A stretch of DNA of 58,452 nt, the filler included, from Basidiobolus ranarum (taxonomy: Eukaryota): NCBI GenBank assembly GCA_040143965.1. It is 6 parts of 6 records of this genome, joined end to end, with 100 filler letters (N's around TTAATTAATTAA, not from the genome) between each part and the next. Parts side by side here need not be neighbours in the genome. Positions count along the whole stretch, not along the records: positions 9,782 to 19,454 come from JASJQH010000794.1; positions 19,555 to 29,218 come from JASJQH010000795.1; 4 more parts are not named here. One strand, written 5' to 3'. Below, piece after piece: positions 12,341 through 24,448 of this stretch (position 1 is the stretch's first letter; each line of letters begins with the position of its first letter). A program made the translations under genes and the position numbers. Under the pieces are notes generated by a model. It made no database searches. It saw only the letters and a program-made list of their open reading frames with translations, and was not told the DNA's origin.

Positions 12341-13986
12341 TTATTTACCATTCAATAAAGGTGTATGCTCATCTGGTGTTATAAGTGTCGGAGAAATAGG
12401 AGATTTGATAGATTTTCCTGATGATATAGACTGGTTACGAAGATGAGACACCACTCGAATGGCGTTTACTACCTTACGGAATCGTTGTCGTGCTTGAGGA
12501 TTCTGTCGAATGGCTGGGAGTAAATCAGGTAAAGAAATGGTTTCTGATTCTGAGAGGCTGAGTGTGTAGAATTTGTCCATCCATTCACTCTTGAGTGCTT
12601 CACGAGCTGTCCATCTTTTCTCAGGAGCAAGTACAAGAAGATGGGAGATAAAATCTTTGGCTAATGATGACCATTGGTGTTAGTGTCTTTCAACGCCATC
12701 TAAAGATATAATGTTGTTACCTTCGTTAGATATATTATTCCAGTAAAATGTTGGCGAGAAGCTATAATCGCAGTTCTGTATGGCTTTAACCTCTTCATTT
12801 GGACTGTCACGATCAAATGGACAATACCCACATAGTAGAAAGAAAGTGATCACTCCTATTGCCCACATGTCCCTAAAGCACATCACATGAGAGGTTAGAT
12901 CAGATGTTTGCATATACATCTTTCAATAGTAGCTTACACTGGCCGACCATAACTAGTTCGTTTCAAAACTTCAGGTGCCTAATAAGTCAGGAGAGTATTT
13001 GTCAGTCATTCGATTATGCTATCAAGGAAGGATAGAGCTACTTACTATGTACCCCATCGTACCACAAGCGGTCTGCAGAACCTGTGGGTTGGAATCATCA
13101 ATAAGCCTAGCCAAGCCAAAATCAGCAATGACCAAGTTCGAATCCTCATCTTCAGTTTCAAACAATATATTTTCTGGCTATAGAGGTGATTGATGAGTTT
13201 TATCATCTATTATTAAACAACTCTTACGAAAGATTACCTTCAAATCTATTGAAATATTGCAAGGTTAGAAAGGTAATATAGATAGAGACTTTATAACGAG
13301 CAATAGATCAATACCTCTATGAACTATTCCATTCTCATGTAAATAAGCAACCCCTTTTAGTATCTGACGAACAATCTCTGCTGCATCTTTTTCATAGTAA
13401 TTTCCCCGGTCATATATACGTTCAAACAATTCGCCACCCTTGGCAATTTCGGTGATCAGATAAACTAGAAATACACAAAAGACGATTTAGAACGAGGATA
13501 CTAAGAACAAAGTCAAGTATCAGATCCTTACAACTATCAGGAGTTTCATAATAATCGGTCAACGATATCAAGTGTGAGTTCAGTTGGGATATTTTTTTCA
13601 GAACAGCGATCTCATTTGCCAGCAATTTAGCTTTACTGCGACTCAAACCCTTCTTACTCACTATCTTAGCCGCATATATCTTCCCGGTCGTCAACTTTTG
13701 AGTTAAAAAAATGGAGTTAGAGAACAAAATCTGGATTTTACAAATATCACTGAATCTCCTACATCTTCAGCCTCTATTAAATTAAAAGAAAGTAAAAGTA
13801 GTGTCAGTGTGAATTCTAGAATGATTGAAACGAAATGTCTATGAACAGACCTCTTACGACAGCGAAATAGCCTTGGCCGAGTTCTTTTCGTAACTTATAT
13901 TTGTGTATGCCAGTAAGATCCCCATTGGAATCTACAGCCTCCTGTGGGGATGGTATGCATCCTAAAATAAACAGTTCAACAGACAT
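12341..13986 (-). CDS. Ca2+/calmodulin-dependent protein kinase (CMK1/2-like), many short introns (an upstream ATG at 14028 is also in frame)
   Basis: LGQGYFAVV, YAAKIV, HR|DLK|PEN, IADFGLA, CGTMGYI|APE and DMWAIGVITFFLLCGYCPF; C-terminal ARQRFRKVVNAIR calmodulin-binding-like helix. Confidence 0.9.
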
Positions 13987-14548
13987 GTTTGTGGGGTAAG
14001 GATATACGAGGTTTATGTACCTGGGCATAAGAAGTGTGCGTTTTTAGCAAACCACGTAGTAAATTTCATATTAAGGTAATTGGAAAGAAACTCAAACAAA
14101 CAAGAACAACGATTCTGAGTGAAGAGAATCCTAGACAACGCGAAAATATTCACTAGTCAGATAGTGAAACCAATGTACAGAGTTTTTAAACAATCCAAGT
14201 ACCACGCCAAAATTAGCCTTGTATATATATAATGGTTGGGTTTCGCAGTTGGTCAAGACTAGTTCGAATTCGGAATTTCTATGCAAATACTTAGCAGACA
14301 TGAATAGATCGAATTTTGCCACTTGTGTAAGAGCATAAGAGGTCTCAGGCCTGTCTAATCAAATATGACCTCATGTTACATATATGCTAATGAATAGCAA
14401 CTGACATCACAAATACTGCTAGGATGGCTAATATATAGCTCATATAATTGGCAAACGTTAACTCATGATTCAGAAAAGACCAAGAAATATCCGATCAGCC
14501 TTCCTTTTGTGACATACCAATGATTCCTTGGCTTGGCAGCACTGGTTT

Positions 14549-15193
14549 TGGATGGATCCCCTGAAAATCTATCTGATCAAATACAATGTTTTAATCTAAA
14601 ATGAGACGAATTAAAACGATCAATTAGGCATTTTAAAGTGGACGAAAACTTATGATTGTTCAAAGACTTACTCTGTATCAAAGGTTTAGTGTTGCGATAA
14701 CTACACAGGATTGTTTGCTTTTTTCGTTGGTTGACTGCTGCTAACTGATAAGATACCTTTTCTTTTTGTTCCTTCAATACGCAAAACGTTCTGGTCTTTC
14801 ACCCTTCTTATCCTGATAATTGAGTATTAGATCTTTGTAAGTTCTTGATTCTGTCGAAGCTTTCTGTTTGTCTGGCTTGTAGTTATTGAGGAGTGACAAA
14901 AAGACTTCTTTAAAAAAGTCATCATTAATGAAATCCTCCAAAAGAAACGCAGGATTGTCTTCCAGTTTATGAGTAAAGATGTACTTCAAAATGGAAAACA
15001 TATGTGATACAAGAGTATGAACCTCAGCTACAAGTGACATGAGTAGTGGAACTTATTGTGGCTTTCACCCAATACCAGCGATTGAACTTTTGACTGCTAC
15101 AATCTTTAGAGGTGGTTCCATAAGAGAAAAGGCGAATTGACATCTTTTTAGTTTATGGATAGAAAAGCGTTTGACTATAAGTGGTACCATCCA
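14549..15193 (-). mobile_element. Internally deleted, non-autonomous Fanzor (TnpB-like)-carrying element
   Basis: Pseudo-ORF 15121-14774: MEPPLKIVAVKSSIAGIG*KPQ*VPLLMSLVAEVHTLVSHMFSILKYIF...FINDDFFKEVFLSL...YKDLI, joined to KKGERPERF. This resembles the N-terminus and extreme C-terminus of Mucoromycota-type Fanzor1 proteins (from recall). Imperfect TIRs at 14549-14569 and 15173-15193 (15/21 match). Confidence 0.6.
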
Positions 15194-15224
15194 GATTAGC
15201 TTAATCAGTTGATTTGGCATTTAC

Positions 15225-15805
15225 CTTGACGTATGCACGTAAGAGTCACACCCTTATATAGTGCGCCGATACCCTCTTCTTTGAATATAGTATATACCGC
15301 ACGACCAGCAGTACGATACTTGGGAACGTCCAACAGATCCGGCATAGTGACGTTGTGCTTGAAGACGAAATTTAACCACAAATATGGATTCTGTCACGCC
15401 AGCCCCAAGGCCAGCTGAAAATGAGTTTCATTAATTCTGTCGGATATGTCTGTAGTAAAAGGGAGCAACTTTACTTACCATAGGAAAGTGGATCCAGTAG
15501 AGACTTTGACAGTTAAGAGATCTATATATTTCAAAGCTAGAAAATCTAATGGCCATTTTTGGTACTATACCAGAAACAACGGCACCTAGTTCCTTGTAGG
15601 ATGCCAGAGCACCTTCTTTCAGAATGATACGGATACCAACACCAACAAATCCACGAGGCTGGCCTGGAGTTAAACTTTTGGTTATCAATTGCATACGAAC
15701 CTTGATCGTATCCAAAGGATACCATATACATGCTTCAATAAACCCAGCACTACCACCAGCTATCAAATAGGTGAAAATGGATCTCTTTTTATGATCTTTG
15801 GACAT
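15225..15805 (-). pseudogene. Mitochondrial succinate/fumarate carrier (SFC1-like) pseudogene, 5' half only
   Basis: LIAGGSAGFIEA, PLDTIKVRMQL, GIVPKMAIRFSSFE, AGLGAGVTES, LDVPKYR and EEGIGALYKGVTLT..RQ. Contains frameshifts and lacks the second P-x-E-x-x-K motif (FVV|KFRLQ). Downstream exons are absent after the element at 15193. Confidence 0.85.
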
Positions 15806-17039
15806 GGCTAACGGTAGGAGAGAAGAGAAACAAAAATATAAAGGTACTACTAGACTCTACTGTTATGGGAACCTTGAGATAAGCAACCGCCCTCTTGATT
15901 TATTCAGGTCACCCTGAGCACTGTAGGTCATAGCCCATTCCAACAGTTATCCCCGCAGTGAGCCTTGACTATTCCGTCCAAGGTGGAAAATCCGTTGGAA
16001 AAATTGAAAAGTGACCTTGTCCGGTAGACCCAGTCACATTGGCGGTCACATGATATTACTGATTAAAAAAGTGTTTTTGGATGGGCCAAACATCCGATGA
16101 AAGAGGAGTAGCAAAGTTGGTTAGTAACGGTTATGTATAGGTAATCTTGTGAATCTGAATGCGGCTTATTTTGATTATCAGTCTCAAAAAGTCTGAAAAC
16201 TCTAGAAAAATCTCATGTTCTTGCATTTGAAAGGTGTTCACCTGAAAAAACCAACTCAAACTAGTTATCTGTAGTAGAAGTCCTTATAATGGACATTTAG
16301 AGCTTACTGATTCTGATACTGTTTGTGAAATGCTACGCCAACTAAGCCACTCTGCTGTCAGAATTGTTTGCGAAGTAAAGCCAGGTTATAGTTCATCCAT
16401 TACCAGCACCGTATATTGCTCTTTGATAAATCCGGAATGCTAGGGATTAATATTGTTGTGTCTTTAAATATAGCATATTGTCAGTATCTAGAAATCATCT
16501 GGAAGACGAATTAACTACCATTCGTGTGACACCATTGGTACATATACGACATATAGCAACACCTCAAGTAGTCTTTTGAAGTAACATTGTTGTTGTTTCA
16601 CTTGACCTTATTTTATTTACCCAGAATTTCACAAGCCTCATCCTACTTCCCGTCAACAATGAAACCGTAGATTCAGCAACTACTGAATTTCATAAAGATT
16701 GAAATGACTAATCTTGGGTCCATGAAATGCGTTTAAGCTATCAAACTTATGGACACATCGGATAGAACGTCTTTGCAAGCCCATTGATATTATGCTATCT
16801 AGTAATAGATGGTAATGGTTGACACTAGCAGGCTTTAACAAAAATGTACAAAATATTAGGAACATTAGTAATGATGAGCAATGTTAAGATTATTAGAATC
16901 ATGGTATATTGAATTTGAACATTTTTAGGGGAATACATTAGAAATTTCTTAATTTTACAACTTAAAAAAATACAGGGAGATTTGGATGGTATGGAGAATT
17001 AGATGGTATAGGATTACAAAGTACCAAATAATGATAATC

Positions 17040-17480
17040 TTACAAATTACAAACAGTATAGTTGCCATTGGGGTCAGCAATGAATTTAAATGGACGAGTT
17101 TCCAAGGAACAGTCGGCATTTTCTCCTGGAGTACTGGCGTATACTCCAAGGTAATACTCTCCTTCTCTTTGCAAGCAAAGTGGGACGGATAAAGTAAATG
17201 AAATTTCACCACTGGCAGCATTAACACCAGGGTAGCTACGGTACTGAGTATGAAGGAATTCATTGGTCTTGGCGCTAAAGAGGCCGATATCAGTGATGTA
17301 CTGAATCTGTGAGTTACGAGTGTTCCATTTGAGAGTTACTTGTTCGTTGGCAGCGAATACTTCTCTATGCTCTAGAGTATGTTGAAGTGGAGAAACAGTC
17401 CAACCACGGCACAAGCTAGAGGGTGAAGCTGCCACTTGAGCGATTAAAGCGGTCAAAGCGTATGCGAAAAAGGACTTCAT
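17040..17480 (-). CDS. Small secreted protein (146 aa), probable beta-sandwich with 4 Cys
   Basis: Signal peptide MKSFFAYALTALIAQVAA; intronless ORF; TATAAA-like box about 60 nt upstream on the minus strand. Confidence 0.8.
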   Translation of the reverse strand: MKSFFAYALTALIAQVAASPSSLCRGWTVSPLQHTLEHREVFAANEQVTLKWNTRNSQIQYITDIGLFSAKTNEFLHTQYRSYPGVNAASGEISFTLSVPLCLQREGEYYLGVYASTPGENADCSLETRPFKFIADPNGNYTVCNL

Positions 17481-19376
17481 TAGTTGAAATTATAAAGTAG
17501 AGAAAATATTTGATGAAGGTAAATCTGTTCGTAGCAGAGTATTTATACTTCCAAATGGATATAGAAGATCCCGATATATTCGAGAAATATCTTCAGATGT
17601 CTAAATTGGGTGGCTCAAAAAATCTATAATTAGAGCTGAGTGGATAAAGTTGATTTTTTTGCATACGAAAGATGGTTCTTGAATTCAAAATTTTATTGAA
17701 CAGATGATACGAAAAGAACTTTCTACTTCTTAACCAATAGCTGCAATTTCTGAACATCGCTCCCATTTTGTTCACCAACCCTGGCCTTTAGATGAATTTG
17801 TATGATTTGTTACTAAATTTATTTATAGGTCATCTATTTATGCATCATTACATTAGCGGTTTCAGATCTATAATGGGCATCAATGATGCTTTAGGATGGA
17901 GTTAACGCGTTACCACTGAGGCCCAGTCATTTCTCACCGAGTCAAGCCGTAAATATCCTAGTATGGGTCAAGTACGATTTAGAAACAAATCTAATTCTAT
18001 GGATTGCGCGTGATGATCCTACGGCGATACTAAGGAATATTAAATCCGGAGACTTTCACTGTTCAATCGCGCTTGGAGATTTGTCAGCTCAACATTGCTG
18101 ACCCTGATAGTCGGGTAAGCTAATCGGAGAGTACCGTACGAGTAAAACGAAAATGATGGTTACAGGCGGAGTTAACTCAATTGTGATATCAAATATTGAT
18201 GCGTCTCATATGCTGCATAGTAAACACAATTCTTGCCATAATGTTAATAATTCTTACGTAATGGGCATACAACAGTTGGTCTTAAAGCCATTGTTTTCCA
18301 CTTGATTTTGTGGCTACTTCAGTTAGTTATTGATAAACAAGCGATTCAGACCAGACTTGAACGAATTACGTCACTGAAACTGGTTAACACATATGTATCA
18401 AAGTTAGGGTGACATCATCATTATGTACTTTTCCCACATATTTCCTAATCAATCTTGTTGTTATTTGAATGTTCCGAACTAGGATTGATATGTCTCCAAG
18501 GGGATTGGCACTGAGAATGAGTCCATACCCAGCTCATCTAGTATGAATTGCTGGAATGTTGTATTGCGGATATGTTTGGTTCATCCCAGCCGAGTGGCTC
18601 CACGAAGGAGTTTGAATTAGCCTCCCGTACCGTGCTAGGAGAGAATCACAGTCACCCTAATTTTGCGGTAACAGTTTGTCATTGTTCCCATACCAAATTT
18701 GTCTTAAAACTAACCCATTAAACATTGCTAGTAAAAGAAACTACTTGGATTATTGGAACGCAAAATTGTATGATATTTGATGCTAATTGTGATATTTTAA
18801 ATTAATATTAAACTAGGCGAAATATGTATGTTGATGAGGTAAAGAGTTTGAAGATATTTAGACCGGGTCGACCTTTCCTTTATTTTCTCCAAATGGATTC
18901 GACATATATGCTTTAAAATATCAATATTTTGTTAGTACATCAATTTCAAGCAACAAGCAAATATTTAAATGTTTGAATATGAGATTTCATTGGGTAATGT
19001 ACGGTTGTGGACCGGCTAGTCCAAAAGTAGAGAGTGCGATATTACACAGAGCACCAATTGCTTTAGTAGAACAATAGATAATCCAATGCCATTGAAATAC
19101 AAAATGTGACCGAAATGGTGGTTACTCGGAACCCCTCATTATTGAATGTCAACCGATGAGAAAAGAAAGGTTTTTTGGACACTATTCATTAGTCGCACAG
19201 AAAGCCTAGTGCATATGTACCCACCAATTCGAATACAATCCCAATACAGCGTAAATCGTTGAAGATATGCCGTTTTCTTCTAAAAATCCGAGAGTTCTAA
19301 ATTCTGGTCATGGGAACGTTTTAAGGTAGTATACATCCTTGTATTAACCGGAATGTGATTCATTCATACAAGTATC

Positions 19377-19454
19377 TTTTACTACAGACATATCCGGCAA
19401 AATTAATGAAACTCTTTTTCAGCTGGCCTTGGGGCTGGCGTGACAGAATCCATA
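19377..19454 (+). repeat. Inverted near-identical copy of the SFC1-like intron/exon junction 15383-15460
   Basis: 78 nt TTTTACTACAGACATATCCG...CAGCTGGCCTTGGGGCTGGCGTGACAGAATCCATA with only a few mismatches; runs into the contig end. Confidence 0.9.
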
Positions 19455-19554
19455 NNNNNNNNNNNNNNNNNNNNNNNNNNNNNNNNNNNNNNNNNNNNTT
19501 AATTAATTAANNNNNNNNNNNNNNNNNNNNNNNNNNNNNNNNNNNNNNNNNNNN
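19455..19554. other. Artificial contig linker
   Basis: N44-TTAATTAATTAA-N44. Confidence 0.98.
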
Positions 19555-20478
19555 AGGGAACTCTTAACTGAAAGTATGCATAGTTGGTCATCTTACTGTA
19601 GATATATGAATAGAAAATTCTTTTTTGTGTAATAAAATGTGGATATTCAATACTAGTTATTCCTGTCTGGAAAAACCATTTCGCTCCTGGAGTGAGCACA
19701 ATACTGTTGTATCCGCAAAATCTACCAAATGCTGAGATGCTCATGCTCATAAAATGTACCTCATCCCTCGATCTAGCTTGGTCCTAATGAATCTGGTGAC
19801 CAGTTGCCCAGTGCACCGACCAGTCCAGAATTTGATGCAACCAAAATATAAATTTGTTGAAACCACGTTTTGTCTTTTGCAAATCATTTAACTGCTGTCA
19901 ACTCTATAATCCATCTCTGAGATTATAGGCTCGATTCAAGCTATACTAGATTAGTGACGGATACTGTTTCATTATTTGAACTCCACTTATTGGCATTCTA
20001 TGTGGGAAGCGAAGTGGGAGAGAGCATCTCGATGTCCTAATTCGATAAGCTCGAAGCATCCTTAACACCAATGAAGCATTGTTGTGTTAATGTTATATAA
20101 AATTAGTGATCATCGGCAACTGGCGATTGAATTATCTGGTCAGAATGCGCCGATGGATCATGACTCCCACCCCATTGGTCCATATCGGTACCCATTGCTC
20201 AACGTAAATCGACTGGTTTTGGCCCTGGCATAGTCGGAAGGGAGTGGATCGGCTACGAGATACCTATCGTTTGATTCCAAACCTCACTTCATGTATCAAA
20301 TTAGGAAATTACGTAAGCTGGCAATCACCAAATTTCATCGGCCCATACTGATCGGGTTCACTGGAAAGAATATAAAGTGGCCACTGACCATCCGAACAGA
20401 CCAAATCCACTTCGCAACATTTCTCTGATCAGTTTATTTTCTCTTCACTTGCCAGAAAAATAATATTCTATATCAAAA

Positions 20479-21006
20479 ATGGATCTTGGCTTTATTCTCA
20501 ACCCTACACCTGATACCATCCTTTCACTGAACTCTATACGTAGAGCGAGTACCACTTGTAGCTCCGATAGTAATGACTATCCATCAACAAATAAAATCTT
20601 CAGTTGTTCTTGGAGTGATTGTCACAAACAGTTTCGACGCAACTCCGATTTGATTCGCCACCAGAGAATACATACTGGCGAACGCCCATTCACCTGCCAA
20701 GAGTGTGGGAAAGGATTCATTCAACGCTCTGCTTTGACCGTTCACTTTCGCATCCACACAGGAGAGAAGCCACACCACTGTGACTACCCTAAATGTACCC
20801 GTTCGTTCGGTGACTCCTCTTCTCTTGCCCGACACACAAGAAGCCACCTTGGAATTCGACCATATGTATGCCAGTTTTATCAATGCGGAAAGTCGTTCAC
20901 TCGCCGCACTACTCTAGTGAAGCATCAGCAGAAGCATTCTACCCATGCCACAACACACCCAGGTGAGCAGCTGCTCAAAGGATTGACTCTGATCAAAGCA
21001 GAGTAG
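20479..21006 (+). CDS. C2H2 zinc-finger transcription factor (4 fingers)
   Basis: Four C-x2/4-C...H-x3-H fingers with HTGERPF, HTGEKPH and HLGIRPY linkers; TATAAA upstream at ~20370. Confidence 0.93.
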   Translation: MDLGFILNPTPDTILSLNSIRRASTTCSSDSNDYPSTNKIFSCSWSDCHKQFRRNSDLIRHQRIHTGERPFTCQECGKGFIQRSALTVHFRIHTGEKPHHCDYPKCTRSFGDSSSLARHTRSHLGIRPYVCQFYQCGKSFTRRTTLVKHQQKHSTHATTHPGEQLLKGLTLIKAE

Positions 21007-22250
21007 AGAAGGATTTTGTGTGGATTGTAAATAACTACTATTTCGACTCATGCTCTTTAACTTTGAGCAGTTAATTGGTATTCTTGGTGTAATTAAAGCA
21101 TAGACAAATTAGTTGTGTTCTTTGTATTCATGATTGCCTGTACATAGTATTTCATTCAATTAAAAGAACTTATAGTATGTTAATAAGTAGCTCATGCTTC
21201 GATTTATTAAATATTACTGATTTGAATCTGGTAGACAAACATATGAGGTAATCTATTTGATAGAAATCTTGGTGAAATTTTAAAATGTACGTTCACGTCA
21301 ATGCGTTGGGAGCAACCAGTTTATTCGAGTTTTATCAGGTTTGTACTTAGATTGACTCCATTATCCCGTTTTTTTACTTGACGAAATCTCGCTTATTTTC
21401 TTGACTCTAGTTGTAGACATTACTCCCAGACATTTACGTATTATATGCTTAGATTCTTGGAGTGGGCGTTGCCTTTTGAAAGGTTACACTTTAGCTATAA
21501 GCAAGAAAGAGGCGAAGACCAATGTATGTCAGCCATCATGTAGTAGTCTTGTTCCATCGTTTACAAGCATAGCCAATCATTCATGGCTATTCGGATTGTG
21601 AGCTAGATTATTCAGTATAATGTAGATAAGCTAACTCTGGATCTAGAAATTCTTCAAGTTCAGAGGTTTTTCATCCAATCCAAAACTCCTATTATTGAAG
21701 CTCGTATGTATTGCATTACTTGCCATTCAAGAGCCCACACTTTGCCTCATTTCTAGAGATTTTTCTTTCAACTCTAGCTGCTTCTAAATATTCTTTCCAG
21801 TGGTTTGATGCTAAGAAATTTGGTCTAGTAAGAGCTTCATTATCAGTTAATTTAAAATGTTGACTACAAAATATCAAATCATAGATACAAAAATTCCAAA
21901 AAATGATTTGCTCAGCCTCTTAATTTTTCAAATTGTGTTCAGTCATTTGATTTAAAAAAATCCCAATCAGACAATTAAACAATTGACTTGATTGTGATTT
22001 AATTATCGATTTAAAGTGAATCACTTACTCCAAGAGACCACACATTACATACGTAAGTTTCATAGAACTATATTTATCTAACAATACATCTTGGAGAACA
22101 TCTCAGCCTCAATCACTTAACTCTTGCCTAATTCTATTTTCTAGATACAAAAAAAACTATCAGGCGTTCAACCATTAGTACTTCGCATTCAACAATCATT
22201 TAGTTTTAGTAAAAGAATCAAACATTTTAAAACCCTTTGTTTGCTCAACT

Positions 22251-23933
22251 ATGGATCCAGTTTCTGGAGGTTTATCTTTTAAAGAGCAAGTGTTTGGCAT
22301 TCCTAGTATATTGGAAACCATACTACACATGGCTGCATACAATAAACCCTGGGCAAACCAGATAATCTTCGATGCTACCTACTGGCAAAGATTTCGACGA
22401 GCGGACCTAGCAAATTATGCTCTAGTGAACAAAAACTGGTGCGAAGCAGCCAAGTATATACTATACTCTCGTCTAGATTTAGCATATGAGCTGCGTTTTT
22501 GGAAAGATAAAGAAAATATCTTTTTCCGGTGTAACCCTGAGAGTAATGCAAAGTATGTCAAAGAGGTGGAGATAACTGCTTTGCAACTGGACCTTCTATT
22601 CTATGACGAAAAGGTTATCAATGACGAGTGGTTTGAATACGTACACTATCAACATAATTTATCAGTGTGCTACTTTTTACTTCGTTGTCATAATTTGCAG
22701 TGTGTTACGGTACATTGCACCAACGAGTTGTTTGAAAAGGTCATTCAATTTCCCTTAAACGAATTGTTTCCCAACCTCAAAGTGATGCGAGTAGTGTTGG
22801 ATGAACTGCAATATTTTGAACCACCTTATGTCAAATACCTTCCGGCAGCCAAATCGCATCAAGATCAAATCCAGGTTCACGACTTGAGTATATTCAGTAA
22901 TATCAGTAAATCAGAACCGAGTGAAAAGCGGCTGTTGGAGATGTTGAAGTGTAGCTACTTGTCGTCTCTCAAAACGATGCTTCTCAAACCACTTCACTAT
23001 CACCTTATGAATGTACTCTTGCAGAGTGATTTTGTATTTCCAAATCTGAAAGTACTCACCATTGAAGTCTCCAATAATTTTGATAGTGAAGCTGAGTACC
23101 AAGAGTACTATCAAACGCACATGCTTAAACCAATAACTCTGGGGGCCTTTGAACATCTACACCGATTTACCTTTGGTTTGGATCCCTTTTCCAATCTTCC
23201 TATACCGCGGCTGTTTCTTCGACAGATCTTATCTAATGTATCTCCACACCTGCAAATGCTAAGCATCAGTCAGCCTGGACTTCGTGAAGATTTGAAGACC
23301 TTGGACCTAGTTGCTCAACGATTTCCACAGTTGATCGAGTTGAGACTTCACGATGGCAGCATGGTGATCGGAAAGGGATGGAAAGCTGGGATAATTTCTG
23401 AAGTCGAAGTAGAGCCAGAATCTTCTTATTACAGCCCTACTCCACTTCGTCCTTTCTTTCTACAACTGTTAGGTAGACCCAATCGAATCCGCGTACTAAA
23501 GCTATACAACATTATTCCAGATGCCAGCAGTCTTATCATGTCTACAAGCCCCGACTCATCAACCGAGGCTCCTCGAGATTTATCGAACTGGCAAACAATC
23601 TACTGTTCACAGCTACGGCATTTGGTAGTAACTCATATTGAATCCAATTTGATTCCTTTCATACTTGAGATCTCACAACTTCCAAATCTTCGACACTTGG
23701 TGTTGGATGCCATATGGCCTACGGTGATAGACTGGAGGAATCTGTTCGTAGGAATGGATTATCAGACATTCTCTTCCCTGAGGGTCCTTCTTTTATTTAA
23801 TAATGGTCTACCATTTGGTATGTCAACATTCTGGAGGCGAATCGCACCCAAATTAACTGATTTCTATGTTGACAAGAAAATGGTCACTGTTCATCAACCT
23901 ATCTGTGATCACATGACGAGGTATGACTTCTAA
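22251..23933 (+). CDS. F-box-like / leucine-rich-repeat protein, intronless
   Basis: N-terminal IPSILETIL...LANYALVNKNWCEAAKYILY (degenerate F-box) followed by FPNLKV, LEHL, FPQLIELRL and LPNLRHL LRR-like units. Confidence 0.7.
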   Translation: MDPVSGGLSFKEQVFGIPSILETILHMAAYNKPWANQIIFDATYWQRFRRADLANYALVNKNWCEAAKYILYSRLDLAYELRFWKDKENIFFRCNPESNAKYVKEVEITALQLDLLFYDEKVINDEWFEYVHYQHNLSVCYFLLRCHNLQCVTVHCTNELFEKVIQFPLNELFPNLKVMRVVLDELQYFEPPYVKYLPAAKSHQDQIQVHDLSIFSNISKSEPSEKRLLEMLKCSYLSSLKTMLLKPLHYHLMNVLLQSDFVFPNLKVLTIEVSNNFDSEAEYQEYYQTHMLKPITLGAFEHLHRFTFGLDPFSNLPIPRLFLRQILSNVSPHLQMLSISQPGLREDLKTLDLVAQRFPQLIELRLHDGSMVIGKGWKAGIISEVEVEPESSYYSPTPLRPFFLQLLGRPNRIRVLKLYNIIPDASSLIMSTSPDSSTEAPRDLSNWQTIYCSQLRHLVVTHIESNLIPFILEISQLPNLRHLVLDAIWPTVIDWRNLFVGMDYQTFSSLRVLLLFNNGLPFGMSTFWRRIAPKLTDFYVDKKMVTVHQPICDHMTRYDF

Positions 23934-24448
23934 GTAAATTCGTTCTCCATTATCACTTAGATTTTCCCATCATTACTCTCTGAGCAAGATCTTAATACTA
24001 GGGGATAGTTACGGAATAGTTACAGGGAGTGGAATAAATGCAATGACCATGTGATTGTAGGGTTTGGTAAAGGTCTTAGGGTTAGGTTTAATCCGCAGTG
24101 ATTGCTAGGTTCAATTTGTACTTGATATCTCTGGTGACACCTCAAATAGGGTTTTAGATGACAAAGATGCTTTACACAGTTTGTCAACCTCCTTTTAGCT
24201 TTCAGATGAATATCTAATCATGATAGGCTGATTTCCCAAGTGGATCGAGCTTTGTACGGTGGTAAAATCATCCAGTGACCAAATAGGAAAGCGGGATATT
24301 TATGAAGAAAATGACTAATGGTATTCTATCAAATATACATGTGATTGAAACATATGCTGGCAATATAAGTTTGAAGTCGAATCCATGGTGGCTGATTTTC
24401 CAACTCAACTTCACCCACATAATTCACCCACCCACAATACATTCATAG

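Noticed and set aside
24058-24090. TTAGGG-like telomeric motif
   Set aside because: Only one or two imperfect units; compatible with chance.
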